The notes beneath the pieces are model-generated. The model was not told the DNA's origin. It saw only the letters and a list, made by a program, of their open reading frames with translations, and made no database searches. Positions 39,201-50,869 of a stretch of DNA of 64,000 bases are shown here, piece after piece. Position 1 is the first letter of the stretch. Every line of letters starts with the position of its first letter. The position numbers and the translations under genes were made by a program. Origin of the DNA: Lepidodermella squamata (lineage: Eukaryota; Animalia; Gastrotricha). Location: NCBI GenBank assembly GCA_047495785.1, contig JBLDXI010000029.1, positions 2,294,001 through 2,358,000 on the forward strand. Reading direction: 5' to 3'.

Positions 39201-41072
39201 TTCATTCCTTTATCAATCCTTTAAATTTTAAATTTTTAGCCCACCTTATCGGCATAATGGCCAGATGCTGAAACGGCAAGGTTCAGGAAAGACAGACAAA
39301 GAGACCAGCTCTGCATTGACTCGCACTTGATCAATTGCTGCAAAAATTAAGGTGGAAATTTTCACCTCAAGTTTTACAAGAAACCAACTTTTTTAATCGC
39401 AGGCATCGCCATATCGTAAACCTTTCTCGCCTTCATTTTACCAGCGTGATATAGCTCAGCTTCCAGCTGTAAGGCTCGCCGTAAAGGTTTCACTGGGAAA
39501 ATTAATCGAAAATTAATAAAATTCCAAATTTTCAAGGTCAAATTTACGAATGTCTTGATTTTGAGGCGATTCGCTGAATTCATCCAGAATCGTCTCAATG
39601 CCCTTGCCGTACAAGGCCGGTTCAACTTTCGCGAAAACCTCGGCAATATGGGCTGTTGGGTCGTCGTTACTGCTCAAAACTTCAGCCGGTTTCTCCGCAC
39701 TCTCCCAATCCATACCAGTCACACTTCGCAACATATGAAGCACAGCGGGTAAATTACCGGCTAATCGGGTTGTTAGTGCTAAATTGAACCGAGCTTCAAC
39801 CGCAACTTGAGCTTTCACGTCCTCATCAACGGAGTACACCTGGGTAGGGTGCGTCGTAGTCGCGAGCTCTACGCTGATATTTCCCGAATATTGGCGCAGA
39901 TTTCCGTCGTTCGAAAAATTTTGCCGTTCAGTGACGAGGACATTCAACATGCCAGCGTTGACCTCATCGCGTTGCATTTGGATGAAATCGTCGCTAGTCA
40001 GGCGTTTCGTGACTATTAGACCACCGGCGATTGGCGTGTCGTATTTGTAGGTGGTGTAATGATAGCCGAGTTCGTCGTATTCGGCTACGGATCGCAGCGT
40101 GGTGAATGTTGCGTCTGTTTCCACGGGATAGGCGGTTTGGAAGGCGAAAACAATGGCTCGTTTTATGCTGACCAGCTTGCTTTGCTCTAAAAAATGAAAA
40201 GATGGAATTAAATAAAAAATCACAAAAAATATACCGTAACTTTGAGAAAATCAAATTGTTTTAAGTTAAAATTCATCCAATCAACTTGAGACGGAGGCAT
40301 AAAAATATGCATAAAAATTCCATTTTTCTGGTGTTCAACCCCGAGGAGTCGATATCCTTAGATGTTCAAGGTTACCCTATCCCTTAGAAGCCTCGATGTC
40401 GAGGGCGAATCAAAACTGTGCAAATCTTGCGGTCAGAAAATCTAATTCTAAAACGCTATAGAATTTGTTTAGCTAAATTCGACCATTTATTCTGTGTTTA
40501 TTCACCTGCGGTAGCATCCATTTTGTTGAAAGTGATGGTAGAAATTGAGCCGTTGTTCAGCCGATCGAACATGACCGGGCCTTTCGGCAGCGGGAACCAG
40601 TGGCCAATCGTAGAATTCGCATCCTCATCCATTTTATACGTATCATCAACCGCCATTTTCAGCGATTCCTTCGTCGGATTCTCAGGATCCTCCGCACGCA
40701 CCATATTCGGCGGCAACTTCCGCCGCCGCGTCTGTTGCGTTGGTTTACGCACATAGTCTGATATACTGGTTTCGAGGCTGTCAAACCACAGGGCGTAACG
40801 TGTTTTCGTGGGCGAGGATGAGTCGATGCCGCGGCAGAGCAGGTACACCTGGGCTCGGTAGTTGATCACCTTCGACGCATTACTCGCTGATATGAGACTG
40901 CTTTGAAAGCTATATTTTAGCGCCTCCTTAATAAAAAATTATATTGAAAGTAGGAAGTGAATTTGTTGGCCTGGCTGACCTTTGAGCAGGCATTTTGAAC
41001 GATGGTTTTCGACGAAACGTAAGAAAACAGGGTACAGACAGCGACAATACACGGCAGAGTGTGGTGTATCAT
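36264..41072 (-). CDS. Secreted vitellogenin/LLTP-like protein, paralog D (most divergent)
   Basis: Signal-like MIHHTLPCIVAVCTLFSYVSS. SIKRAIVFAFQ...EYDELGYHYTTY, REKR site, GCIRLYHGNDDM. Last exon ends FDASQG*. Confidence 0.75.
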
Positions 41073-41579
41073 GTCAAAAAAGCGTACTCGAATAAAATCA
41101 GGTCTCTTTCGTGTGGCCTCAACTACTTGCTGGCGTAGATAATTAATGCGCACTCTCGATGATCGGTGTGTGAGTGGGCTCGCTCAAATCGAATCCGATA
41201 GGTAATATTAATAATAATAATTACTAAACCGAGCGTTACGTCAATCAGCGCGCGCGCACTATCTGGTAGGCTGGGCTCGTTTTATGAATGTTTAATAGCG
41301 AATGGGAAACCCCGGGGATGCAGGCAACACCCGCAGCGCGTCGCCTCGCAACAGCCATACAGCCGCCTTGGTAGCGACGAAATATTTGTAAAACACACGG
41401 CTCATCGCAAAAACCTGTTCGAAATTACTGTACAATCACGACAGGTGGCATGCACATCAACAAAACAGCCGCTTGTTTACGCCCTGGTTTTTATTTATTT
41501 TTGACAAATCGGCTCTATTGTATAAGGAAAAAATAAGAATGAAAAACAAATCGCGGCTATGAATATTTTATCCCGGTTT

Positions 41580-44500
41580 TTAGACACGTTCAGACACCCA
41601 AATGGCTGCGCGACAGCCGGCGTTTATTGCCGATCGCAGGGTCTGGTAGACGGGCGCTTGTTCGGCGTTGTAATCGAGACCAGTTTGCAGATGGCCCAAC
41701 TCGTCGTCTCGAAATTCTTTCAGAGTCTACGAAATATAACGAGAAATTTTACTTTTGTCCCCGAGGCAGAAGTGAAACATTTACCTGTAATATTTCCTTT
41801 TGGTTAGGATCGACTTCGAAAAGATCTCGAATTTGACTAAAATATTATAAAAAATGTATTAGTGAAAATTTAAGAAAAAAGTTGATTTTGGATTAATTCA
41901 ATTACCAACTAAATTTTGGTAGTCAAAGCCCCTACACGACTTGAACTATCAAGTCTGATAGAATTCATGCTACTGATCGAAGAAAAACGGTTTGGGTGAA
42001 TGACTTGAAAAATAAATATCGTTGAAATGCTCATCAATGGACAATAAGCAGTAAACAAAAACTTTCATGCTCAGCGATTGTCTCGAATCTACAGCGGATA
42101 ATATCATGAAGTGCCGCGAAGGTATTATACCTTTAATATGCTGTATATTCTGCCTGGCCACCATCTATCCTCCCACTACAACGAACGGAACGCCAGCTTC
42201 AACAAATAACTACCGTCATTCGGGAAACGACATTATTATTATTACATCTGCATCAGTTTCCTCCCTTTTACTCACCACTCTACTAGTTTTACTTGTTTTA
42301 CTTGCAAAAAGCGTTGTGAGCGATACTCACGTAAGCTGATTTTGCTTATTATTTGCATTTCAACAATGTCCGTTTTTTTAGACGGAAGTTACAAGAAGAT
42401 CTACATTTTAATTGCAGTCCCGGGCGGGTTACACGATACAATACTTTATTAGTAACCTTGCCAAAAACTGGACTCGCAGCCCTTCTGCATGCTTAAAGAA
42501 ACCCAGAGGTCGGCTTCTTTCGATGTGTTTCTACCGGTTTACTCAAGGTCTCATCTACCATTTTATTGAAATTCAACGGCTTCGCAGTAAGTTCGACTAG
42601 CAGCGTGGACAAAGATCCGGAAAGTTCTGATGTTCGATTTTGAAAAGGTTTGTTTATTGAATTAGACAATTTTTAGAAGCTTGTGATTAGTATAATTTAC
42701 AGGCCTTGCCTACCCCACGCTGTGGATTCTCCTATATATTTCTGCCATCTGAGATCGATCTCAGTGAAGCACCCTCGAAAAATACGTGCGAAGATTGAAA
42801 ACAATCTCGGAGAGCGATGGGGGCTCAACGAATTCTATTCCTTGATATATTGTAAAATTCTTAATTAATTAATTATTGCTCTGTCGGTGATTAGGGACAA
42901 CAAAGTGATTGTCCAGCGGCATCTATATAGCTAGATCTACCTAACCCTTGTGGTTTTCTTTTCCTAATTCTGCTATTGTTGTAAACAAAAACTAGATATT
43001 CATTCTGTGTCTTCGGGCAACAGGGGCCTATGCGCTACCTGCAGACCATCGTTTTTATAAAATAAAATGATCATTGTTGTGTTTAGACCTTGATTTTTGG
43101 CATTAAGCGCGGTAAAAAGGTTATCGGTCCATGTCACCACGTTTTTTCATCCTATTTTTGCTACCTTTGTTTCTTGCTCCTAAAATCTACGCTCTTCAAG
43201 GTGCATTCAACTTGTATTGCATTTGAGTTTTTCGTTTTTCGATCATCTTTATCTATAGCGCTATGGTTATTGTGATAGCTGTCATCAATCGTGCGCGACT
43301 TCCTCAGAAATGCGTTCGCCAAAGAGCTCAGCGAGATAAAGGTTTATCTCCAAATCGAAGTCGAAGTGGAGATCACGACAGATGATGTACGAACCTGTCT
43401 TTTGCAAATTTTTGTTAATCCATCAATGCAAACTCGCTCTAACTTTTCCCGCAGACCTCAAGACTTCCAACCGAATCTTGAGGTGGGAAGTCGGACAGAA
43501 ATCAGTCGACGAAAAGACGCTCCGTGAGGTGCGTTGAGTGAGGAAAAGCATCAAGTCGAAGGGTTTAATCTCCGAAAAATACTTGAAAATCAAGCTTCGA
43601 GAGGCGATTCGAAAGCGATTTCGGAGAAATCAAATCCCGAATAAGTGAATTAGCTTTATTTTTCTCATACTTATTTCATAGTTTTCTCTTACTTAAAATA
43701 CCGGTCGATTATGAAAAAGGAAACTTGCCAACTTCTGAAGACATCTTTTTCAGGACGTGAAAACGCCTGGTGATCTATTGATCAATACATAGGTCCAGGG
43801 TTTCTAAAATTGAAAACTGAGCAAACGAATATCTACCGTAAGGCCCACGCGAAAAATGAACGAGTCTAAAATTTCGGAACAAGAAATTCTGACTGCTATC
43901 GGGATTCGTTTGTTGAGCGGCAATGTTCCAGAACATGCTATCGGGATGTGGCTGGCGACTGTGGTTGTAGGCTCGATTCTCTCCTCATTGATGAGCCTGG
44001 TGTGGCGTTTTTCGTAATATCTTGAAACACCAGGGTGAATTGGAGTGAATAAAGAATCTCCTCACAGTGCAACAAGGCGAAAGCGGATAGCAGATCAAAA
44101 TGTTATGACTGCGGACAGTTTGGCCATCGCCGACGCGATTGTCCTAGACTGAAGCATAAGTTTTTCGACTCTAGGTCCACTCTAGGTGCAACTATTGTCA
44201 CTCGAGGTGCGATAGTCAGCATTAATTCTTCTACTCAAGCTTACGACTCTGTCAGACTCCGATTCCCATAGCGCGGTGAATGCCACGTGGCATTCCTCTC
44301 GAGCCTATGCACAACGTGGCTCTTGGTTTGGTGAGAAAATTCTTGAAAATGTGGGCAACAGCGAGCTCGGGTCATAAGGCCAGCCTGGAAGAGGCCCAGT
44401 CGCATTCTAAATACCTTCTATCAACTCAATAAGGTTCGACCCGATTTCCCGGCTGCCGCTCGGAAGATTACTAGTTCTGCTCAAGGTATTTTAAATGCGT

Positions 44501-45489
44501 ACTCAGTAATGACACGCAGAAAATTTTACAGGAAAATCTACCCAGCTTGGTCCAAGCTGACTCAAATTGGGATATGAATTGTGTCAATTTTCACCCGACT
44601 TTCAACAAGCTGAAATGGTGTCTTTTGAAAAAGATAAATGGCGCATGAATGGCGCACGTTAACTCGATTGAAAACTATGAATTTTTCGTAAAAAGCAAGA
44701 TCTTCAACTGTGGAGGTGAGTAAGGATTTATCTTTGCCTGCCTTCGCCCGCTTCAAAACCGGAAACGGTAAAGACGCTGTAGTCAAGGAGAGGCTTAAAT
44801 AAAACCACTATTATTACCGTAGAAATATTAAAAAAGCGACGTTTGGCTTATCTAAAATTACCGCTACAGTCAAATTTGGTCCCGCTAAAAGATATTCTTT
44901 TAATAAATTTTTCCATACTTTGTGTAATGCTCTCCGATGACTTCTTCCACCGCAACAGTGCAAGCCATTGCAGCTTCTTTGCCTAGCAACGCAGTCGAGG
45001 CTCCGAGGGCGAAACCTGCGACGTTCCAAATCGGAAGTAACACCGTCGGTTTGGCATTGTACTTTTTCATCAACTCTTCGAATTTCGATAGATGCTTCTC
45101 CTCTTGCTGCCACATTTCCTAATCAATCAGCCATTGAAATTTCCCTTTAATTATACCCGAATCGAAATACTCACGCGAATGACATGAGATACGGGCGAAT
45201 TTTGAAGCACAAAATGCTGCCCGGAGTAAATGCGATCCGCGCCAAATTCACCCGCGTGATCGACGCGGATGATTCGATCGACCAATGCCTCCTTCGTCAA
45301 ACCCTGAGACGCGCCTGCAGCCGGCTCTTCTTCCTCGAGCGGTTGATCCATCAGCAGTTCTTGAGGCAAAACCGCATCGAAACCGTCGTCTTTCTTCGCT
45401 TCATCAGCGAAAAGTTTCTGCGAAGTTGATAAATTTCGCGAGATTAAGCTGGATGGCCTAGCTTTTGACAGAATTCGGGCCAGCATCAT
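41580..45489 (-). CDS. COQ7: 5-demethoxyubiquinone hydroxylase COQ7/CLK-1
   Basis: Exons 45489-45175, 45118-44919, 41836-41785, 41726-41580 splice in frame: [62 protein letters not shown]. Mitochondrial presequence-like N-terminus. Confidence 0.96.
43290..44400 (+). mobile_element. Degenerate LTR-retrotransposon gag/protease relic in COQ7 intron 2 (limits approximate)
   Basis: [19 protein letters not shown] zinc knuckle at 44101-44145, followed by a disrupted D-S-(G)-A-T-like aspartic protease motif. Many stops. Confidence 0.6.
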
Positions 45490-46088
45490 TATTTACGAAA
45501 AAAAACTAATAAATTAAAAAATCCAGGTTAAATGTGAGTGTTTTTATTAGTTTTTTCAGTGACATGAACCGATTACATGAGTGATAATGATAACAATCAA
45601 GTGCCTATATAGATAGTAATAACAGTATTTTAACACATAAAAATCAGTATTCAGTCGCGAGCCTAGGAATGCTAATTATTTTCGATCCCGGCGAGTGAAC
45701 CTTGTCTATAACATGCGCTTTTTCAACAAAGTGGAAGCATCGTAAATAACCCAGCTACCAAACAACCAAATATACTTGAGGCAGAGAGCAGTTGATTCAC
45801 GATGTAATCAGTTGTTAATGAGAAATCCCGAGGCAAGTGTAAATAATATGTTAACATAGTTGCACAATCGATTGATGTTGGTCGATTTTATTGCGAATAA
45901 CTCACTCTAATCTTTGGTTTAAAGCTAGCTCGAGAGAATGATGACACCCAAACAGCATCATCGTCAGTAAAAACGAATAAATGAACGAAAAACATCCACG
46001 TCAAATAACAGGATATCAGTTGTGATTGATGCGATTATATAAAATTAGATTATACTTTACCAAAAAACAATGAAATGTCTGTTGTGAT

Positions 46089-48487
46089 TCATTTTTTCGC
46101 CTGCTTATGGTTGTCTTTGCGCGACTGAAAGAACGACACAGTTCGCAGGGCTTGTGATTGCGGGGCGATTCGCACGACGGTCTCGGCGCCCATCGAAAAG
46201 GTGTACTGGATACCACCGTCGATGACCAAACCACCATCCTGCATTCGACTTCGAATTCGCAGCTTTTGACAATAACCACGGGGTGCAGTTAACTTGAAAA
46301 CTTCTGCAAAAAAAAATAAAAATTCCACCTTAAATTTCAGCTTAATTGTGAAATGTGAGAAAATCTAGCTTAACATAAATTTTTATCGTTTATAAAATAA
46401 TCGTTTTTAATAAAAAATAAAAAACTCCACCTTAACTCTTTCATCAGCAGAATTATGAAAAAAATCCAGCTTAATAATTTTTAATTTTAATTTAAAATTA
46501 CCGTTAGTAATAGGGTCCCGGGAAGCGTAAGCCATGCGTTTGTCCTCTGGGTGAAAAATGAGCGCCGAGTTATAGGATTCAACAACGCGATTGACGAATT
46601 TTTGATCGGAAACAGGCAGCTGACCGCCTTGCCTCGTGTCTGCCGCAATTTCGTTCGCAAGTTGCAGCAGCGACTTGACGGTATCCGGATGCAGTGTTGT
46701 AATCGTGTGGTACCACGATGTAGAACCTGTTCCGGTTGATACGGTCAAGCCTGAGGATTTTTGCTTGAAGGACGGCTGGTCATCAATGGTCACTTCATAA
46801 TACGAGGCGCTGAAAACAAAAAAAATTATTGCATAATATATTTATGGGGAATTTTGAATAATTTACAGGGCATTGCTGTTTTCGCCGATGAAAACTTCGT
46901 TGAGCGCTAATGAGGGTAGAACGACGAATCCGGGCAGCTCGGGGTCAGGAGGTAGAGTCGAGACGGGGTATTCGAAAGACGGCCGGCCGTGGACGTGCAA
47001 ATCAGTCACGGTTACTGTTTCGCAGGCCGCAAGGGAAACTTCAATCCGCTGGCGATTCAGCCAGCGAAAATGGCCACTCTGGAGGCGATCGTAAACCTCC
47101 TAAAAATAGAAAAAAAGTTTAATCCGAAGCCCATCAGAGATAAAATACCTAAACAACATTAAATATCAAACAAGTTTTACATGTTCATAATCCAGCTTAA
47201 AACGAGAACCTTAAACTTTGCAGGTGAATAGCTTTGGGAAGGCGAATGATTAAAACAAAGGTTTCATCGCAAACGAAATTATCCGTCTTACAAGCTCTTC
47301 AAATTCGTAAAGCTTGAGGTAATTAAAGGGAAAACCAACTCTTTGAAAAAGCTCATTATCTGTGCAATATGACTGAAAGACTCCCCTCATCTCTACCTAA
47401 TCAAGGAATAAATTTTGATGAAATTTGGCGTGGGCATACCTGAAGCGTTGCTCGCTCCGTGATCGAAAGATAAAACAAAATCGGACGACTGGTTTAAGCA
47501 AGGAATCCACCTGAAATTCAGGTGCAAAATTGGGTAATTTTTAGAAAAAAATGCTGCTAAGAATAATTTTCAAATTTCTCAAACTCTTCTCAAAATTTGA
47601 CCCAAGATTAAATAACAAAATTCAAAATTATTTAAGCTATAAGCTTTATAAGAAAATGAGAGACCAAAATTAACCGCTAACCTTCATGCAAGAATGATCT
47701 AAATCGACCAAAATCAGGAAAAATTCGTAAAATTTTCCATAGCATAGATTGATCAGAAACAATCAACCCCATAATATTCAAGCTATTTTCCGAGTTGAAA
47801 TTGATTTTCAATTTTCGAACAACCTTGATCCTTTCAATGTTACCTAGCGCCCCAAGTTACAATACACCTCGAAAATCTTCAAGAAAATAAGTTTCTCACC
47901 TCGATATCCATATTAGGAAGACAGAGATGGCCTTGAGATCGCGTAGGGTCGGTATTAAAACCGATGACGGGAATTGAGTTATCTTTAACCCAACCAGCTG
48001 CTTGCAGGAAGGTGCCGTCGCCGCCCGCTGTCAACACGGCATCGACGTGTTTGAGCTTTTCGTGGTCGAAATCAGACCGATTGGTCACCTGCACATTTAC
48101 GCCACGCTTCTGGAAAAAACCGACCAGCCGATCCAGCTCCTTGTGATGCATTTTGTGGTGTTCCAGCAGTTTATTGTAATCACTGCCGAGGAAATTGACG
48201 TAGTTCTCGAAATCCTTCTCGCTCTGGCGATTCGACAGCATCTTTTCGAACTCGTAACGAGTCCGCTTATTGAATAGGACGACATTTTTGAACCGCAGCG
48301 GTTCGTTGATCGGGCGGTCGATTAGCGAGCGTTGTTGGCACGCATCCTTAGCAGCGGGTCCGTTCGCTGACGACCATGGTCGTAGGATGTGGTAGAAATT
48401 CTTAGCTGACCGCTTGATTCCGCAAGCAGTAACCAGCTTGGAGAGAATAATCTTTCGGTAGTTAGTCGAGGCGCAGTTGACAATCAT
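46089..48487 (-). CDS. NADK2: Mitochondrial NAD kinase 2
   Basis: KRTRYEFE, AGGDGTFL, GFNTDPTRSQGHLCL, ALNEVFIGE, KQKSSGLTVSTGTGSTSW, GLVIDGG. Four exons. Confidence 0.94.
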
Positions 48488-48899
48488 TGGATAAGACGTT
48501 ATCAACTCGTTTATCCCTTTTTCTTCGGCATTTTCAGCAAAACAATGTCAAAAGTTGTAGAATGGACGATTACAGCACCAGAGATTCACTATTATTAATA
48601 CTAATAAGCATAAATGTGCTTCAAAAGCGCCCTATATCAACGAGAAAAACAGCCTGTAAACACCGTGATACGACGACGAGATGCAAAAAACACGAGCGTT
48701 TCCGAGTACTACGCAGCGGCGTTTTTTTCTGCAGCGGACACACCGCCGCCACTAATAAATGAGAAGTACGCTGGGTCCGGGCCAGGAGAAGAACATGAAT
48801 GCACTCTGGATTCCGACTTCTAATTGCGATATCTGAAAAGAGAGAAGAAATTATTAGCCTCGCCAACATGAATTTTCGAAGCAAAAAAATAAGAATGAA

Positions 48900-48960
48900 T
48901 CAGTCGAAAGATGGTGTAAATTTTCTCACAGAATTCAAATATGTGCTTGTAATACATCAT
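48900..48960 (-). ncRNA. Box C/D snoRNA, predicted guide for the 28S Am equivalent to yeast Am807 (snR39/snR59; human U32/U51 site)
   Basis: C box ATGATGT; guide CACCATCTTTCG then A-CTGA. Complementary to conserved 28S CGAAAGAUGGUG; D+5 falls on the second A. Confidence 0.85.
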
Positions 48961-49118
48961 TTCTAGCGCAAAATTATGAAATATTAACAATAGCTTACCA
49001 TGCAAAATTTCGCGCGTAACCAAAGCCGTATACGATGGACAAAGAAACCTGAAAAATTAAGTAAGATTAAGAGTTGAATCGAAAATAACAATTCGTAAGA
49101 TTAGCTATTCATGCATAA

Positions 49119-49179
49119 TCAGTCGAAAGATGGTGTAAGTTTTCTCACGGAATTCAAATATGTGCTTGTTAAACATCAT
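49119..49179 (-). ncRNA. Box C/D snoRNA, duplicate of 48900-48960 (Am807-equivalent guide)
   Basis: Near-identical to the previous snoRNA, with the same boxes and guide. Confidence 0.85.
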
Positions 49180-49376
49180 TTCCTAACGCTAGCTAGTCAG
49201 TAATTCCTCTGTGACTTACATCGAGCGAAGTATCGATTTTGTAAAGTGGCAGCACGCCGGGCACGTCTCATTGATTTCCTATCAAAAAAAACCGATTAAT
49301 GAGCGGGAAAAAATATGAAAAAATCTATGTCCTTTAGCCTTGATCATAAGAACGAAAGTGAAATCGTCAAAAAGAT

Positions 49377-49433
49377 TCAGACGAACGAGACAGTTTCTAA
49401 TCATGCTTAGGCTGTAGGACAGGCGTATCGATA
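49377..49433 (-). ncRNA. Box C/D snoRNA, predicted guide for the 18S Am in ACGAACGAGAC (human Am1383-equivalent)
   Basis: GTCTCGTTCGT-CTGA is complementary to conserved 18S ACGAACGAGAC. Internal ATGATTA C' box; terminal C box degenerate. Confidence 0.65.
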
Positions 49434-49578
49434 AGTTTGCTTACCAATCAAGTGAATTTGCATTGTTCCCAGTCGATGAATCTCCAGCCATAACTTCAAC
49501 CTCCAACCTGTAACACAATAAACTCGATTAATACAAGCGAGCATTTCAGAACAATTCATGTAAATCATTCAAATATTT

Positions 49579-49639
49579 TCAGACTCGAAAGATGGTATAT
49601 AGAAAGATATCACGTGTTTCAAATTATTTTTGTCATCAG
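49579..49639 (-). ncRNA. Box C/D snoRNA, predicted guide for the 28S Gm equivalent to yeast Gm805 (snR39b/SNORD2-like)
   Basis: C box CTGATGA; ACCATCTTTCG-AGT-CTGA shifts D+5 onto the G of CGAAAG. Confidence 0.85.
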
Positions 49640-49802
49640 TAAACTTTTCTCGAAATTCTGATTCAATAAAAAAGCACAAACCTTTCAGTTGTCCATGTCA
49701 GCCTTTGACTTGCCACCGAACCCCTGAAAAAGACATCAAGAGAATTACAACCAAGTTAAAATAGTTGATAATATTGGCTATTTTTTGAAGGGCTATCGGC
49801 TA

Positions 49803-49863
49803 TCAGACTCGAAAGATGGTATTGAGAAAGATATCACGCGTTTCAAATTTTGTTTGTCATCAG
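49803..49863 (-). ncRNA. Box C/D snoRNA, duplicate Gm805-equivalent guide
   Basis: Near-identical to 49579-49639. Confidence 0.85.
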
Positions 49864-50047
49864 TTATAAGCCCATAAAACCATATCAGTGAACAGCGGAA
49901 AGGAATGAGGAGCTTACTTTTAAAACGCAGATGCGCATTGGCTGATCGACTGGAAAGGATTTGAAGCGAAAATACCTGGAACATAATAAGAATCGTTAAA
50001 CATATGGATGAACAACATCGTACAAAAATTGCATTCAATTTGAAGAG

Positions 50048-50108
50048 TCAGACGAAAGATGGTGAAAAACATCTCATGGAAATCGAAAATGGGTATGATA
50101 TGCATCAT
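50048..50108 (-). ncRNA. Box C/D snoRNA, third Am807-equivalent guide
   Basis: C box ATGATGC; 14-nt guide TTCACCATCTTTCG then T-CTGA, complementary to 28S CGAAAGAUGGUGAA. Confidence 0.82.
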
Positions 50109-50307
50109 GTCATAGAAGCAATCTTAAAATAAAAAATACTTACAATAATTCTTGCTGCTGCTCGCAATAAATGTTTGTTTCTAATGCTTCTCGTGGCATT
50201 TCAAAGTGAAGTTTGTTTCCAGGAGTGACCTGTATAAATATAAAGAGTCGATGTAAGTCGATGAACAGAGAAACAGATTAAAAGGGTGAAATCTGGTGAA
50301 ATAATAT

Positions 50308-50374
50308 TCAGACTAGGGCATGTTTGATTTATCTTCATTGGAACCTCGAAATTGGCCAAATCAACAATCATCAC
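50308..50374 (-). ncRNA. Box C/D snoRNA, target unassigned (triplicated family, copy 1)
   Basis: C box GTGATGA, D box CTGA, internal TGAAGA C'-like box; intronic. Confidence 0.8.
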
Positions 50375-50540
50375 TATCAAGAATCAACGAAAAATATGAA
50401 GTTATAATTTACCATTTCATCTCTGGGTGGCGCAGCTCTTCACACGGGGGTATCACGGCGAGTTATCTGTTGAGAATAAAAACATTACAAGATTAATTAT
50501 AGCTACACAAGAGAGAAGCCTTCCTACGGATACAACAAAA

Positions 50541-50609
50541 TCAGACTTGGGCATGTTTTGTTTTATCTTCAAAGGATCCCTCGAAATTGGCCAAATCAAC
50601 AATCATCAT
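50541..50609 (-). ncRNA. Box C/D snoRNA, target unassigned (copy 2)
   Basis: C box ATGATGA, D box CTGA; near-identical to copies 1 and 3. Confidence 0.8.
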
Positions 50610-50800
50610 TATGGAGTAATTGGTCAAGACTAAAATCAATAAAAGAGAACAGTTAGAACCTACCATTATCAATCATCTTCAAGCCATAGCTCATGGTTCA
50701 GCGTAATGCGTAATCACGAAGACATATCTGTCGGAAATAAAAACGAAGCTGGTTAATAACAGCAAATTAATAAAGAAGTATCTTTGCAGTTAAACCGAAA

Positions 50801-50869
50801 TCAGACTTGGGCATGTTTTGTTTTATCTTCAATGGCTCCCTCGAAATTGGCCAAATCAACAATCATCAT
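50801..50869 (-). ncRNA. Box C/D snoRNA, target unassigned (copy 3)
   Basis: C box ATGATGA, D box CTGA; near-identical to copy 2. Confidence 0.8.

Noticed and set aside
20717-41072. Endogenous viral envelope genes (furin site plus Gly-rich peptide)
   Set aside because: Intron-rich, no C-terminal TM anchor, no neighbouring viral genes, and an LLTP-like N-terminal motif.
41559-41836. Plus-strand ORFs 41559-41807 and 41627-41836
   Set aside because: They are antisense shadows of COQ7 exons 3 and 4.
42067-42600. Possible membrane-protein gene (hydrophobic [14 protein letters not shown] followed by a GTAAG donor) in the COQ7 intron
   Set aside because: The apparent next exon hits stops quickly in every frame; no coherent model.
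42878-43112. Possible LTR and primer-binding site upstream of the gag relic
   Set aside because: No matching second LTR found in the window.
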